Origin: a virus
Taxonomy: Duplodnaviria > Caudoviricetes
Length of the DNA stretch: 42,831 nucleotides
Reading direction: 5' to 3' (one strand)
Virus record (IMG/VR): IMGVR_UViG_3300037755_000517
Location: 1-42,831 of that record
The translations under genes were made by a program, and so were the position numbers. Shown in pieces: positions 32,783-42,311 of the stretch; positions within the stretch are counted from its first letter, which is position 1; every line of letters begins with the position of its first letter. Under the pieces are notes generated by a model. The model did no database searches. It saw only the letters and a program-made list of their open reading frames with translations, and had not been told where the DNA came from.

Positions 32783-33190
32783 ATGGCGAATCAAGAAGTC
32801 ATATTGGTTGACGCTTCGGTCGAAGTGGACGACGAGACCGTAACCGTCGAGGGCAACACGCTGGTTATTGTGGAAGGCCAAGGAACGTCCAGCGTTAAAG
32901 GCGCCACGAACGGCGGTCGCTCTGTTCCGGTAATCAGCGAAGACGTGACGACGAAAGTCGGCCAGGTTAAGTTTGAAATGCCGGCGTCCGTTTCGTCTAT
33001 GAATCTGGCGCGCGATTTTAAAGCGCTCGGCGCCGGCCGCGTCGTTCGGGTATCGGGCACGGACCCGGCCGGCAATCGCCTCGGTCGAACGCTGACGCAG
33101 GCCATCATGGTCAACGACCCGGACAAGGCAATCCAGAACGAAGGTAAAGTCGCCATCGAATTTATGGGGGCGCCGTTAATCGCTAGTTAA
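32783..33190 (+). CDS. Tail tube protein
   Basis: 135-aa beta-rich protein after the sheath, ending IEFMG. Confidence 0.8.
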   Translation: MANQEVILVDASVEVDDETVTVEGNTLVIVEGQGTSSVKGATNGGRSVPVISEDVTTKVGQVKFEMPASVSSMNLARDFKALGAGRVVRVSGTDPAGNRLGRTLTQAIMVNDPDKAIQNEGKVAIEFMGAPLIAS

Positions 33191-33223
33191 TATTTTTTTT
33201 CTAACAGAACGGGGGCGTTCGAA

Positions 33224-33700
33224 ATGCAACAGCCGATACATTTTCCAGTAAGAAAACCTTTCAAGTACGCGAACGGTTCGGGGGTGGAGATAGAGTGCAA
33301 TTTTATTGCGCTGCTGCCGCCTACGGGCAAGGTTTCGCACACATGTTGCGCCATTGAATCCATGGTGCAGTCGAGCGTCCTTAAGATGGCCGATCTTCTC
33401 GACGCGGATACGGTCGCCGAAGCACGGGAAGCCGCGCAGGCGGCCAAAAAGTCGAAGGCAGGCGAAGAGGAAGAGGCCGAAGACGAGGCCGTTGAGCAGG
33501 ACGGCGACGCCATACTTTCGATGATGGTCGGCAGCGGCGTCGATATGAATAGATTGGTTCTGCATTTTCGCGAACTGTTTAAAGAAGTTGCGATGATGGG
33601 GGCCGAAAAGAAAATGACCGCCAACACGCTGGACAAGATGGACCACCGCGACTTGCGCAAGATGATCGGAGTATATACGGCAAATTTTATACTCAATTGA
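33224..33700 (+). CDS. Tail assembly chaperone (G-like)
   Basis: Between tube and tape measure; ends with slippery A-AAT-TTT. Confidence 0.75.
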   Translation: MQQPIHFPVRKPFKYANGSGVEIECNFIALLPPTGKVSHTCCAIESMVQSSVLKMADLLDADTVAEAREAAQAAKKSKAGEEEEAEDEAVEQDGDAILSMMVGSGVDMNRLVLHFRELFKEVAMMGAEKKMTANTLDKMDHRDLRKMIGVYTANFILN

Positions 33701-33867
33701 TGGTAGTAGGCGGCGCGGACTATCAATTGAATTTAAGTCGGCTCGCCTACAGTTTTCAGGGGTCGATCAGTATGGATTATCTCCAAGGCGCCACTATGGA
33801 GAGGGTCCAAGAATTAAACAAACACGCCGGCACCATTCGCGAGGAGATAAAAAAACAGCATGGCTAA
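33682..33867 (+). CDS. Tail assembly chaperone -1 frameshift extension (T-like)
   Basis: X-XXY-YYZ heptamer AAATTTT at 33682-33688; the -1 frame stays open to TAA 33865-33867, overlapping the tape-measure start. Confidence 0.7.
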   Translation, partial: KFYTQLMVVGGADYQLNLSRLAYSFQGSISMDYLQGATMERVQELNKHAGTIREEIKKQHG

Positions 33868-35455
33868 TAAGTCCTTTGTTGTTCAATACATCATCAAAGC
33901 CCGCGAACAATACGTGCAGGTGGCCGGCCGCGTTAAGACTGCCTCCGAAGGTATGCGTGCGGCGATTAATAAAACGAAGCACGCTTTTGCGGCGGCCGGC
34001 CGGCAGATACGTCGGACCTCCCGGCAAATGCGCGTGGCCATCGAAAAAACCAAACGGGCGTTTATAAGCGCAGGGCAGCGTATCCGGAACGCCGGCGCGG
34101 CTATGACCGTCGGGTTCACGTTGCCCTTTGCGTTGGCGGCCCGAAGTTTCAAAAATGCGGCCCGAGACGCACAGGAAACTCGGTCGAAATTCGCGACGGT
34201 GTTCAACGCCATGGGGCCGCAGGCCGAGGCGGCGGCGGAGAAATTGGCCGCTGGGTACGGTTTAGCCGGCACACAAGCCCGAAAGCTTCTAGGCGACACC
34301 GGCGACTTGTTGACCGGCTTTGGGTTCAGCCAAGACGCGACACTTGATTTGTCTACGCGAGTAAATCAACTGGCCGTCGACCTTGCCTCGTTTACCAATT
34401 TTTCCGGCGGCGCCGAGGGGGCAAGTGCGGCCCTGACAAAAGCCCTCCTCGGCGAGCGCGAATCGTTAAAAACTCTCGGTATTGCAATTCTTGAAGAAGA
34501 CGTGAAAAAACGCGTGGCGTTGGAAAGGTCGCAGGGCATGCGGTTTGCTACTGAGCGTCAAGCTAAAGCCAACGCGACGTTGTCGCTGGCGCTTGAACAG
34601 TCCAAAAACGCGATCGGCGATTTTGCCCGGACACAGCACGACCTGGCGAATCAAGAGCGGATTACCTCGGCCCGGATCATAGATTTGAAGGAAAGTTTCG
34701 GGCGAATTCTGCTGCCGGTGGCGTTGAAAGTCACCAAGATTATCCGGAAGGTGGCCGTCGCGTTAACCGAATTAAGTCCGGGCGCTAAAAAAGTGATTCT
34801 CATTCTGGGCGCCGTACTGGCGGTGGTCGGGCCGCTGTTGATTGCGCTGGGCGGTTTTCTGATGATATTGCCGGCGCTGCAAGCCGGTCTTGTCGCCGTC
34901 GGGGCGATAATCGGCCCGGTCTTATTCCCGCTTATCGGCATAGCGGCGCTGGTGGCGGCCGCTGCGTTCCTTATCATCAAGAATTGGGACAAAGTAAAAG
35001 CCTTCTTTTCGGGCTTCTCAGCGGCGATACAGCGTACCCTCGGGCCGACCCTGACCAAGCTTGTCGACGATTTCAAAAAGGCGGCTGCGGTCGTCGTGGA
35101 GCTATTTGGAGGCGACTCCGCAGCGGCCACGAGTTTGATGGAGTTTCAAAACATAGGCGAGCTGGTCGGCCAGGTAATCGGCACGACGCTGGATTTGTTA
35201 ATCCGGGGGCTGTCCGGGGTCGGTGCTATTCTCGGCCAATTGATCGCCGCGGTTGTTTCCATGGATTTCAGCCAGTTTGATATCGAGGCCATTAAAGCCG
35301 AATTTAGCGGTACGAACGCGGAGCCGATTCTGGCCCAATCCCGTGTCGACGTGGGCGTAAACGTTGGGCTAGACCAGGGGCTTAAACAGACCGCCGGCCC
35401 GATCGTTTCCAGCTCCGGCACGCGGCGCACCGACGTGGGGATGGTTACGCCGTGA
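33860..35455 (+). CDS. Tape measure protein
   Basis: Ala-rich helical protein; LAVDLASF, LLGERESLK.LGI, AIGDFART, hydrophobic segment, IIKNWDKVKAFF. Confidence 0.9.
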   Translation: MANKSFVVQYIIKAREQYVQVAGRVKTASEGMRAAINKTKHAFAAAGRQIRRTSRQMRVAIEKTKRAFISAGQRIRNAGAAMTVGFTLPFALAARSFKNAARDAQETRSKFATVFNAMGPQAEAAAEKLAAGYGLAGTQARKLLGDTGDLLTGFGFSQDATLDLSTRVNQLAVDLASFTNFSGGAEGASAALTKALLGERESLKTLGIAILEEDVKKRVALERSQGMRFATERQAKANATLSLALEQSKNAIGDFARTQHDLANQERITSARIIDLKESFGRILLPVALKVTKIIRKVAVALTELSPGAKKVILILGAVLAVVGPLLIALGGFLMILPALQAGLVAVGAIIGPVLFPLIGIAALVAAAAFLIIKNWDKVKAFFSGFSAAIQRTLGPTLTKLVDDFKKAAAVVVELFGGDSAAATSLMEFQNIGELVGQVIGTTLDLLIRGLSGVGAILGQLIAAVVSMDFSQFDIEAIKAEFSGTNAEPILAQSRVDVGVNVGLDQGLKQTAGPIVSSSGTRRTDVGMVTP

Positions 35456-36642
35456 GCGACATAATTCAGCTAAAGGCCGCCAAGTACAAGGGCGTCGAAT
35501 TCCTGTTCGAAGACATGCCCACCACCGGCGGCAATCGGCTGATTAAATACAATTTCCCTGGGTCCGATAAACAGTCGATCGAACGGCAGGGCCGCGCCCC
35601 CCGATCGTTTACGCTGATCGCTATTATCCCGCACGAAAACTATTACATCCGCCGCGACGCATTGTTGCATGTGCTGGAAGACGGCGAGCGGGGCGTGCTT
35701 ACGCATCCCACGTTTGGCGACGTGGAGAACGTTATAAACGGCGTTTATTCTTTGCGCGAAATTACGTCGGAACTCGGCCGGGCGAAAATAACGATCCCTT
35801 TTGAGATAGACGACCAGCCGGGTGTCCCGCAGCAGTCGGGCAATTTACCGTCGCAAATCGCGTCGGGGTTGCAGAGCTTTACGACGCAATTAGAAACCGA
35901 CTTGGCCGATCAGTACTTTGTTAATAGCGGTTTGACCGGTAACTTTAGCGACGCACTGTCCAATGTGGCGCAAGTTCCTGCCATATTTGGCCAGGCGTCG
36001 GAATTCTCCCAGCCCTTGGTCGACAACATTGCCGGGTTCAGAAAACGAGTCGCTAGTTTTTCCGCCGCAGTGGGCGGCCTGATTCAGACCCCGTCGGCGC
36101 TAGCGTCTGAAATTTCCGGACTGTTTGAAGATTTAGGCCGGCTATATGATTCGCCTAAAATCCTGTTCGGCGCCTTTCAGTTACTTTTTGGCTTTGGCGC
36201 GAGCGACCCCGCCACGCCGCCGACCACCACGGCCCGAATCGAACGGGTTAACAACCGTAATTTATTACGCACCAACATGCGCGGGCAGGCGCTGGGGTAC
36301 GCATATTTAAACGCGGCGCTGACAGAGTACCAAACGACCGTGGAGCTGGAAGAAGCCATCGGAGTATTAGAGGCGCAATATCTGGACATGCGCAACAACC
36401 AGCAACTGACAGACGAGGCGCAGGAACAGCTCGACGTATTGCGCGTGCAGACGTACGCCGCTTTGGACGCCATTCGAATCAACACGCGGTCGATTATTAC
36501 GATAGAAACGCCGCTGCGGCCGTTGTCCGTTTTGGTCTATGCGTATTACGGCTCCACGGAACTGGTGGATACCATCGCCGATTTAAACAACATTACCCAG
36601 AACGCCTTTGTAGAGGGCGAACTTCGGATTCTCGAAACATGA
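35452..36642 (+). CDS. Mu N-like DNA circularisation / tail-tube initiator protein
   Basis: AKYKGVEF, GGNR...NFPG.D, G.LTHPTFG, LVYAYYG...IADLN. Confidence 0.85.
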   Translation: MSDIIQLKAAKYKGVEFLFEDMPTTGGNRLIKYNFPGSDKQSIERQGRAPRSFTLIAIIPHENYYIRRDALLHVLEDGERGVLTHPTFGDVENVINGVYSLREITSELGRAKITIPFEIDDQPGVPQQSGNLPSQIASGLQSFTTQLETDLADQYFVNSGLTGNFSDALSNVAQVPAIFGQASEFSQPLVDNIAGFRKRVASFSAAVGGLIQTPSALASEISGLFEDLGRLYDSPKILFGAFQLLFGFGASDPATPPTTTARIERVNNRNLLRTNMRGQALGYAYLNAALTEYQTTVELEEAIGVLEAQYLDMRNNQQLTDEAQEQLDVLRVQTYAALDAIRINTRSIITIETPLRPLSVLVYAYYGSTELVDTIADLNNITQNAFVEGELRILET

Positions 36643-37736
36643 TCGAGCTAATTGTTAACGGCACCCCTTTTACCGATTTTATAAGCGCAGAGGCTACGGT
36701 CGCGCTGGACACCCTGTCGAATGATTTCCGGTTTACCTCGTCCTCGGTTAACGGCTTTCCGCCGATACGCAAGGGCGACGCGGTGGAAGTCGTGGTGGAG
36801 GAACAATTGGTGCTGACCGGTTTTATTGCCGAGGTCGGCGGCCAAGACCAGGAGGGCGGTCACACCGTCACATACGCCGGGCGCGATTTAACCGGGGATT
36901 TTGTCGACTCGGATATCAACATAATCGACGACATACGCGCCGGCGGCGGGTTGACGTTGAAAAAGATAATCGAGCGCGTGTTACAGCATTTAGGCCAGCG
37001 GCTATTCGTAACGGATGACGCAGAGCCCGCGCCGTTTAACGCCGCCGAGGATATTATCGCCCCGGAAGTCGGCGAGAACGCCTTCGATTTCGTTATGAAA
37101 TATGCCAAAAAACGGCAAGTGCTTTTAAGCTCCACGCCGTCGGGCAATATCTGGATTACGGAAAGCTCCCCGGAGGATTCGGGGGCGGTGTTACAGCGGC
37201 TACAGGGTGCGAACAGTAACAACATATTGACACAGGATTGGACGCTGGAAGATTCCCGTGTGTTTAATAAATACATATCGCGCGGCCAGCTCGACCCGGT
37301 TGCTCTGAACGTCGCTGGGGCATCAAGCTCAAGCACAGTGGAAAACCAGGGCGGCCAATTTATCGACGACGACGTGCGTGCCGGCCGGCAAAAAGTTACG
37401 GTAGAAAGTCAGTCGTACAGTTCGGAACAGCTCAGGGACCGCGCCAGGTGGACCAGCCAATTGTCAAAAGCGGAGGCCACGCGATTCAACTGTACGGCGC
37501 GCGGGCATTTAAATTCTGTCGGCGACTTGTGGCGGGTGAATACTCTGGTGCAGATTAATTCCGACGTGGCCGACATTTCGCGCAAAATGATACTTAAAAG
37601 CGTGACGTTTTCGCAGGCGGAGAAGCAGCCCACGGTTTCCCGACTTGAATTCGTGGACCAGAACGCCTACACCGCGCAAACGGCACTGTTAAATCAAAAG
37701 CCGGTCGGCGATTTGAACGACGCGTTTATAGGATAG
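36639..37736 (+). CDS. Baseplate hub (Mu gpP-like)
   Basis: LVLTGFI, AGRDLTGDFVDS, GENAFDF, LWRVNTLV. Confidence 0.85.
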   Translation: MIELIVNGTPFTDFISAEATVALDTLSNDFRFTSSSVNGFPPIRKGDAVEVVVEEQLVLTGFIAEVGGQDQEGGHTVTYAGRDLTGDFVDSDINIIDDIRAGGGLTLKKIIERVLQHLGQRLFVTDDAEPAPFNAAEDIIAPEVGENAFDFVMKYAKKRQVLLSSTPSGNIWITESSPEDSGAVLQRLQGANSNNILTQDWTLEDSRVFNKYISRGQLDPVALNVAGASSSSTVENQGGQFIDDDVRAGRQKVTVESQSYSSEQLRDRARWTSQLSKAEATRFNCTARGHLNSVGDLWRVNTLVQINSDVADISRKMILKSVTFSQAEKQPTVSRLEFVDQNAYTAQTALLNQKPVGDLNDAFIG

Positions 37737-37741
37737 CTGCC

Positions 37742-38281
37742 ATGCTAAAAGCTCTATGGGGTCGAATCACCGGCGCAGATGCTAAAAAGCAGTATCCCGC
37801 GCAGCAGGCCGCTTTTCTGGGGCGGCTGGGCGATTACGTTATTTTGCATCCGTATGGTTCGTTTTGCGATCTGCCTGCCGAGGCGTTGTTGTTACGCGTG
37901 GGCGAGAAAGCCGCCTTAGCCGCCACGGTCAAACGTCCATCCGATACGGCCCGCGGCGAGCCGGTATTGTTCCACCCGTCAACGAATACCCGTATAATTT
38001 TCAGGAACAACGGGGATTTGGACATACTTACCGACGAAGTCGGAGGCAGCGTTAACGTGAAAACAGTGAACGCCAATATTGAAGCGTCCGGTAATTTGAC
38101 CGCTACGGTAGGCGGCACGGCGACGGTTGACGCCCCGAACACGGTCATTACGGGAAATCTGACAGTGCAAGGCAGCACGGCGCTCGGCTCTACGGTTACG
38201 AGTAACGGCAAGGATATTAGCGACACGCACATCCACAGCGGCGTTACGCCCGGCGGTGGTAACTCAGGGCCGCCGGTATGA
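37742..38281 (+). CDS. Baseplate spike (Mu gp45 / P2 gpV-like)
   Basis: HPYG..., beta-helix repeats, C-terminal HIHSGVTPGGGNSGPP metal-binding tip. Confidence 0.88.
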   Translation: MLKALWGRITGADAKKQYPAQQAAFLGRLGDYVILHPYGSFCDLPAEALLLRVGEKAALAATVKRPSDTARGEPVLFHPSTNTRIIFRNNGDLDILTDEVGGSVNVKTVNANIEASGNLTATVGGTATVDAPNTVITGNLTVQGSTALGSTVTSNGKDISDTHIHSGVTPGGGNSGPPV

Positions 38282-38724
38282 CAACCGATGTAGCCCTGAA
38301 CACTTCGCGCGGATACTACGATTTCGACTGGACGGAATCGGGCGACATATCGACGCAACAGAACCTCGACACGTATATTTTAATGTGCATACTCGAAGAG
38401 GTTCGCGCAACGGCGGCAGAAGTGCCACAATCTGAAAGCCGGCGCGGCTGGCTTGGCAACGAATCAACGCCAGGCTTTGAGCAAGGCTCCAAAGCGTGGG
38501 AATTTGAGCAGGAGCGCGTCACCGGAACGACAATGGCGGAGCTTGGCGTAGTCGTTCGGAACGGCCTGCAGGTGATTATCGACGAGGGTATCGCCGGCGA
38601 CGTGGTCGTCGAGACGCCGTTTTTGCGCAACGGTAAAGTGTGCGTGTTTATTACTTTGAAGCGGTCGGGTTCTGATATTGACCGCCGGTTCTTTGAACTT
38701 TGGGAAAATACAGGTAATTTCTAA
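38278..38724 (+). CDS. Baseplate protein (Mu gp46-like)
   Basis: RRGWLGN, GSKAW, LQVIIDEGIA. Confidence 0.85.
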   Translation: MTTDVALNTSRGYYDFDWTESGDISTQQNLDTYILMCILEEVRATAAEVPQSESRRGWLGNESTPGFEQGSKAWEFEQERVTGTTMAELGVVVRNGLQVIIDEGIAGDVVVETPFLRNGKVCVFITLKRSGSDIDRRFFELWENTGNF

Positions 38725-40271
38725 TGGCTACCGGCACCCCCAGCACTTCGGCCCAAGTTGAGGCACGAATCAAAGCAGACGTTCAGCGCGAGGCGCCGGA
38801 TTCTAACCCTTATTTGCGCGTCCACTGGTTGCGGTCGCTGATCGCCGGGGTCGCCCGGAGAATATTCGATTTCTACGGCGACTTGCGGCGCACCGAGGAC
38901 CGGTTAATGCCAGACACGGCCGACGATGAAATCGCGCCTCGGTGGGGCAATATTTACGTCGGCCCGAAAAATGTAGAGTCGGCCGCGTCTGGACTCATGG
39001 CAATGACGGGCAACGTAGGTGGCGCCGTTCCGCTGACTACGGTTTTAACGGCCGGGGGCAACGAATACGTCGTCAATCAAAACGGAGTCATAACGGCGCA
39101 ATCTCTGAACGTGCTGAGTATTACCCGATCCGGAACGACAGCGGTTGTAACCACGGCGGTAAATCATAACTTGTCCAGCTTCGTTCCGGTTACGATCAGT
39201 GGCGCCGATCAGGCCGAATACAACGCGGTAGACGCCGCGATTACCGTAACCGGCCTGGACACATTCGAATATGAAGTAAGCGGAACGCCAGCGACGCCGG
39301 CCACCGGCACGATACTGGCGGATTTTACTGCAGGCGTGGTTGGCGTGGAATCGTCGGATTTTGGCAGTGCCGTTAATTTGGACGCAGACACGGCCGCCAC
39401 GCTACAAAGTCCGATTGTGGATGTTGACGACACGTTTTATGTAACGTTCGGAGCGATCGGCGGCGGCACGGATGAAGAGAGCACCATCAATTACCGGACC
39501 CGCTACTTGGAGAAAATCCGGAACCCGGTGGCGCACTTTAATCCGGCGGATATTGAAGCGAAAGCCAAAGAAGTGGCGGGCGTTACGCGCGTATTCGTGG
39601 AGAAAGCCGGCACGGTGGTTGGGTCTATCGCGGTTACCAGCATTACGCGCAACGCTAACGTGGCCACGGTCGTCACGGCGTCACCGCACGGCTACGACGA
39701 CGGGCAATTGGTGGCTATTCTGGGGGCCAACCAGGCCGAATATAATGTGACGGACACCCGGATTATCGTAGAAGACGCCTCAACATTTCATTTTGTAGTG
39801 CTGGGCACGCCCGCCACGCCCGCCACCGGAACGATTACCGCGAGTGCGACAATCCCCCTCGGCCAAGTACGCACGTTCTTTATGCGCGACAACGACACCG
39901 ACCCGATACCGTCCGCCTCGGAAGTTCAGGCCGTCAAAGACGCATTGGACGAAATTCTGCCGGCCACGACGGCCACCGCTGATAACATCGTCAGCGCGCC
40001 GACGGCGGTTGTAGTTGACTACACGTTTACCGATTTACAGCCGGACACCCCTACAATGCGCACCGCCATCGAGGCGAATATCGCGCAATTTCACGCCGAG
40101 CAGACAGCGGTGGGCGTTAGTGTTGACGAAGACGCGTATCGAGCGGCCATTAAGAACACAGTCGATCCTGAAAACGGCGACACGGTGGACACGTTTACGC
40201 TATCCGGCCCGGTCGGCGATATACCGGTTGCCTCCGGCGAGATAGCCACCAAGGGAGCGGTGAATTTTTAA
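38724..40271 (+). CDS. Baseplate J (Mu gp47-like) with two inserted E1-FCCH-like domains
   Basis: LMPDTAD, GGTDEES..YRTR, AKEVAGVTRVFV; two SITR...VVT...H..GA.QAEYN...GTPATPATGTI inserts. Confidence 0.9.
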   Translation: MATGTPSTSAQVEARIKADVQREAPDSNPYLRVHWLRSLIAGVARRIFDFYGDLRRTEDRLMPDTADDEIAPRWGNIYVGPKNVESAASGLMAMTGNVGGAVPLTTVLTAGGNEYVVNQNGVITAQSLNVLSITRSGTTAVVTTAVNHNLSSFVPVTISGADQAEYNAVDAAITVTGLDTFEYEVSGTPATPATGTILADFTAGVVGVESSDFGSAVNLDADTAATLQSPIVDVDDTFYVTFGAIGGGTDEESTINYRTRYLEKIRNPVAHFNPADIEAKAKEVAGVTRVFVEKAGTVVGSIAVTSITRNANVATVVTASPHGYDDGQLVAILGANQAEYNVTDTRIIVEDASTFHFVVLGTPATPATGTITASATIPLGQVRTFFMRDNDTDPIPSASEVQAVKDALDEILPATTATADNIVSAPTAVVVDYTFTDLQPDTPTMRTAIEANIAQFHAEQTAVGVSVDEDAYRAAIKNTVDPENGDTVDTFTLSGPVGDIPVASGEIATKGAVNF

Positions 40272-40813
40272 TGATTAACCCGGGATTCGAGCAGCACGTA
40301 CAAGCGTTGGCCGACTACCTGCCAAACGGGCGGTTGTTCGAAGCTAAAAGCGTTCAGGATTCTAATTTTCGGCAGCTTTTGCGGGGTTTGGCCGGCGAAC
40401 TGTTTAACGCGCAAGGCTATTTGGTTACACTGAACAATGAATATTTGCCCGATCTTACGACGCTTTTTTTAGACGAATGGGAGCGGGCGCTACAGATTCC
40501 AGATAGTTGTTTCCCTGGCAGCGGCGCTGTCACCGAACGTCGGCGCGATGTACTTGTAAAACTCGCGGCGCTGGGGGTACAGACGGCGGAAGATTTCGAA
40601 GCCCTTGGCGTTGTTTTTGGAACTGCGATTCAAGTTATACCGCTGATAGAATTGTCTCTGCCGCCGTATGACGTGCCGTTTTTTCCTGTCGAAGAGACGC
40701 GTGCGCGGTTTATTTTCGTGGTCGTTGGTTCCGGACTCGACCCCATACTTGAATGCTTAATTCGAAAGCAGGCGCAGGCCAACGGCGGCGTACTTTTTCT
40801 GGACACTATATAG
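40271..40813 (+). CDS. Baseplate wedge protein (DUF2313 / Mu gp48-like)
   Basis: LADYLPNG, LDEWERALQIPD.C, ERRRDV, LECLI. Confidence 0.82.
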   Translation: MINPGFEQHVQALADYLPNGRLFEAKSVQDSNFRQLLRGLAGELFNAQGYLVTLNNEYLPDLTTLFLDEWERALQIPDSCFPGSGAVTERRRDVLVKLAALGVQTAEDFEALGVVFGTAIQVIPLIELSLPPYDVPFFPVEETRARFIFVVVGSGLDPILECLIRKQAQANGGVLFLDTI

Positions 40814-40825
40814 AGGTTTAAATCG

Positions 40826-42109
40826 ATGGCAGCCACCACTAAAACATGGTTGAACAACAACCCGCCGACCTGCGAAGACGCCGATCTGAACGGTTTTAAA
40901 AACGAAAACAACAACGCGATCGTGGGTTCCGGCCAGGCGCTTAATACCGGCGATTTGCAGCAAACGCACAAAGCTATGGTGGTCTTTTCTTCTGTTGGTA
41001 ACTTTTACGCCGACAGCGGGGCGGCGAACGCTTACGTCCTGTCCGCCGTTGCGCCAAGACTAGCCGCTCCCGCCTTGATTAACGGCATGATAGTGCGGTT
41101 TGTTGCCGCCAATCCCAGCACCGGCGCTTCTACATTAAACTATAACGGCACGGGCGCTTTGGCGATTGTGCGGCCCGGTGGTACGGCTTTATCATCTGGT
41201 GACATAGCCAACGAAGTCACTGTGCAGTATGACGCGGCGAATACCCGGTGGATCGTGTTAGGCTTGGCGCCGGATTCTGCGACCGAGATAGTGGGCTTTG
41301 TGGTGTCGCGTCCAATTACGTATTACACGGGCAACAGTTTTAGCGTTGCCGCTCAAGCCACCGACGCTCGGCAGTTGGCCTTCAATACTGACGGCACGCG
41401 AATGTTTATCTTGGACGGCGCGACGGATACAGTTTTCGAGTATTCCCTGTCGGTACGATTCGATTTGAGCAGCACGGTGGCGTACACGGGCAATAGTTTT
41501 AGCTTCGCAGCCCAGGACACAAGCCCGACGGGCATAGCATTCAATACAACCGGCACCCGGATGTTTATTATAGGGGACGGGTCGGATTCCGTTTACGAAT
41601 ATTCTCTGTCGGTAGGCTTCGATTTGGGCAGCACGGTGGCGTACACGGGCAATACTTTTGTCGTTAGCGCACAGACCAGTAGCGCGGATGGCTTGGCGTT
41701 TAATGCCGACGGTACTCGAATGTATACCATGAGTCGATCGCCGGGCACTGTTTACGAATATTCTCTGTCGGTAGGCTTCGATTTGGGCAGCACGGTGGCG
41801 TACACGGGTAACAGTTTTAGCGTTAACGCGGAAATCTCTACGCCACAAAACTTGGCATTTAATACGGCCGGGACTCGGATGCTCGTGTCCGGCACGACGG
41901 ACGTTGTTTATGAATACTCCCTGACGGTAGGCTTCGATTTGGGCAGCACGGTGGCGTACACGGGTAACAATTTTAGCGTTGTAGCTCAATCTAGCAATAT
42001 GCGGGGGTTGGCCTTTAGTACGAACGGCGGCCGAATGTTTACCACCGATCCGGCGTTAACGGATACCGTTTTCGAATACAACAGCAATTTTGTGAGGTCG
42101 GTAGCATGA
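40826..42109 (+). CDS. Tail fibre / receptor-binding protein with C-terminal beta-propeller repeats
   Basis: N-terminal fibre anchor (DSGAANAY, VRFVAAN..TGASTLN) followed by five ~52-53-aa LAFN.DGTRM...VYEYSL..GFDL repeats. Confidence 0.85.
   Translation: MAATTKTWLNNNPPTCEDADLNGFKNENNNAIVGSGQALNTGDLQQTHKAMVVFSSVGNFYADSGAANAYVLSAVAPRLAAPALINGMIVRFVAANPSTGASTLNYNGTGALAIVRPGGTALSSGDIANEVTVQYDAANTRWIVLGLAPDSATEIVGFVVSRPITYYTGNSFSVAAQATDARQLAFNTDGTRMFILDGATDTVFEYSLSVRFDLSSTVAYTGNSFSFAAQDTSPTGIAFNTTGTRMFIIGDGSDSVYEYSLSVGFDLGSTVAYTGNTFVVSAQTSSADGLAFNADGTRMYTMSRSPGTVYEYSLSVGFDLGSTVAYTGNSFSVNAEISTPQNLAFNTAGTRMLVSGTTDVVYEYSLTVGFDLGSTVAYTGNNFSVVAQSSNMRGLAFSTNGGRMFTTDPALTDTVFEYNSNFVRSVA
41317..42090 (+). 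repeat. Five tandem ~156-159-bp coding repeats in the fibre gene
   Basis: TTCGATTTG(A/G)GCAGCACGGTGGCGTACACGGG(C/T)AA at ~41459, 41618, 41777 and 41933. Confidence 0.9.
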
Positions 42110-42311
42110 ACCTGAAAAAAGACACCATAGCGGGCGCTTAATGTCATGAACGTGCGGCAGGAGCTCTACATTGATGACGAATGGGTGCGCCTCCACGATA
42201 GTAGCCTCGAAGCCCTCCCAACTGCCGGACCCACCGCCGGAGCGTATGGAGAAAGCTGTCACGCAGCTTGTCGGCTGGCAAGAGTGGTACCGCACAGTAC
42301 GGTGTGAATAG
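42106..42311 (+). pseudogene. Collapsed lysis region: 11-codon stub plus overlapping Rz/Rz1-like spanin remnants
   Basis: MNLKKDTIAGA* is coupled to the fibre stop. Then IDDEWVRLHDSS..PTAGPTAG (Rz-like C-terminus) with nested LMTNG|CAST..KPSQLPDPPPERM..QLVGWQEWY (Rz1-like lipobox and Pro-rich tract); both lack their N-terminal anchors. Confidence 0.6.

Noticed and set aside
40640-40760. Possible small deletion in DUF2313 after FIFVVVGSGL
   Set aside because: The frame is intact and the length plausible; this cannot be supported without an alignment.
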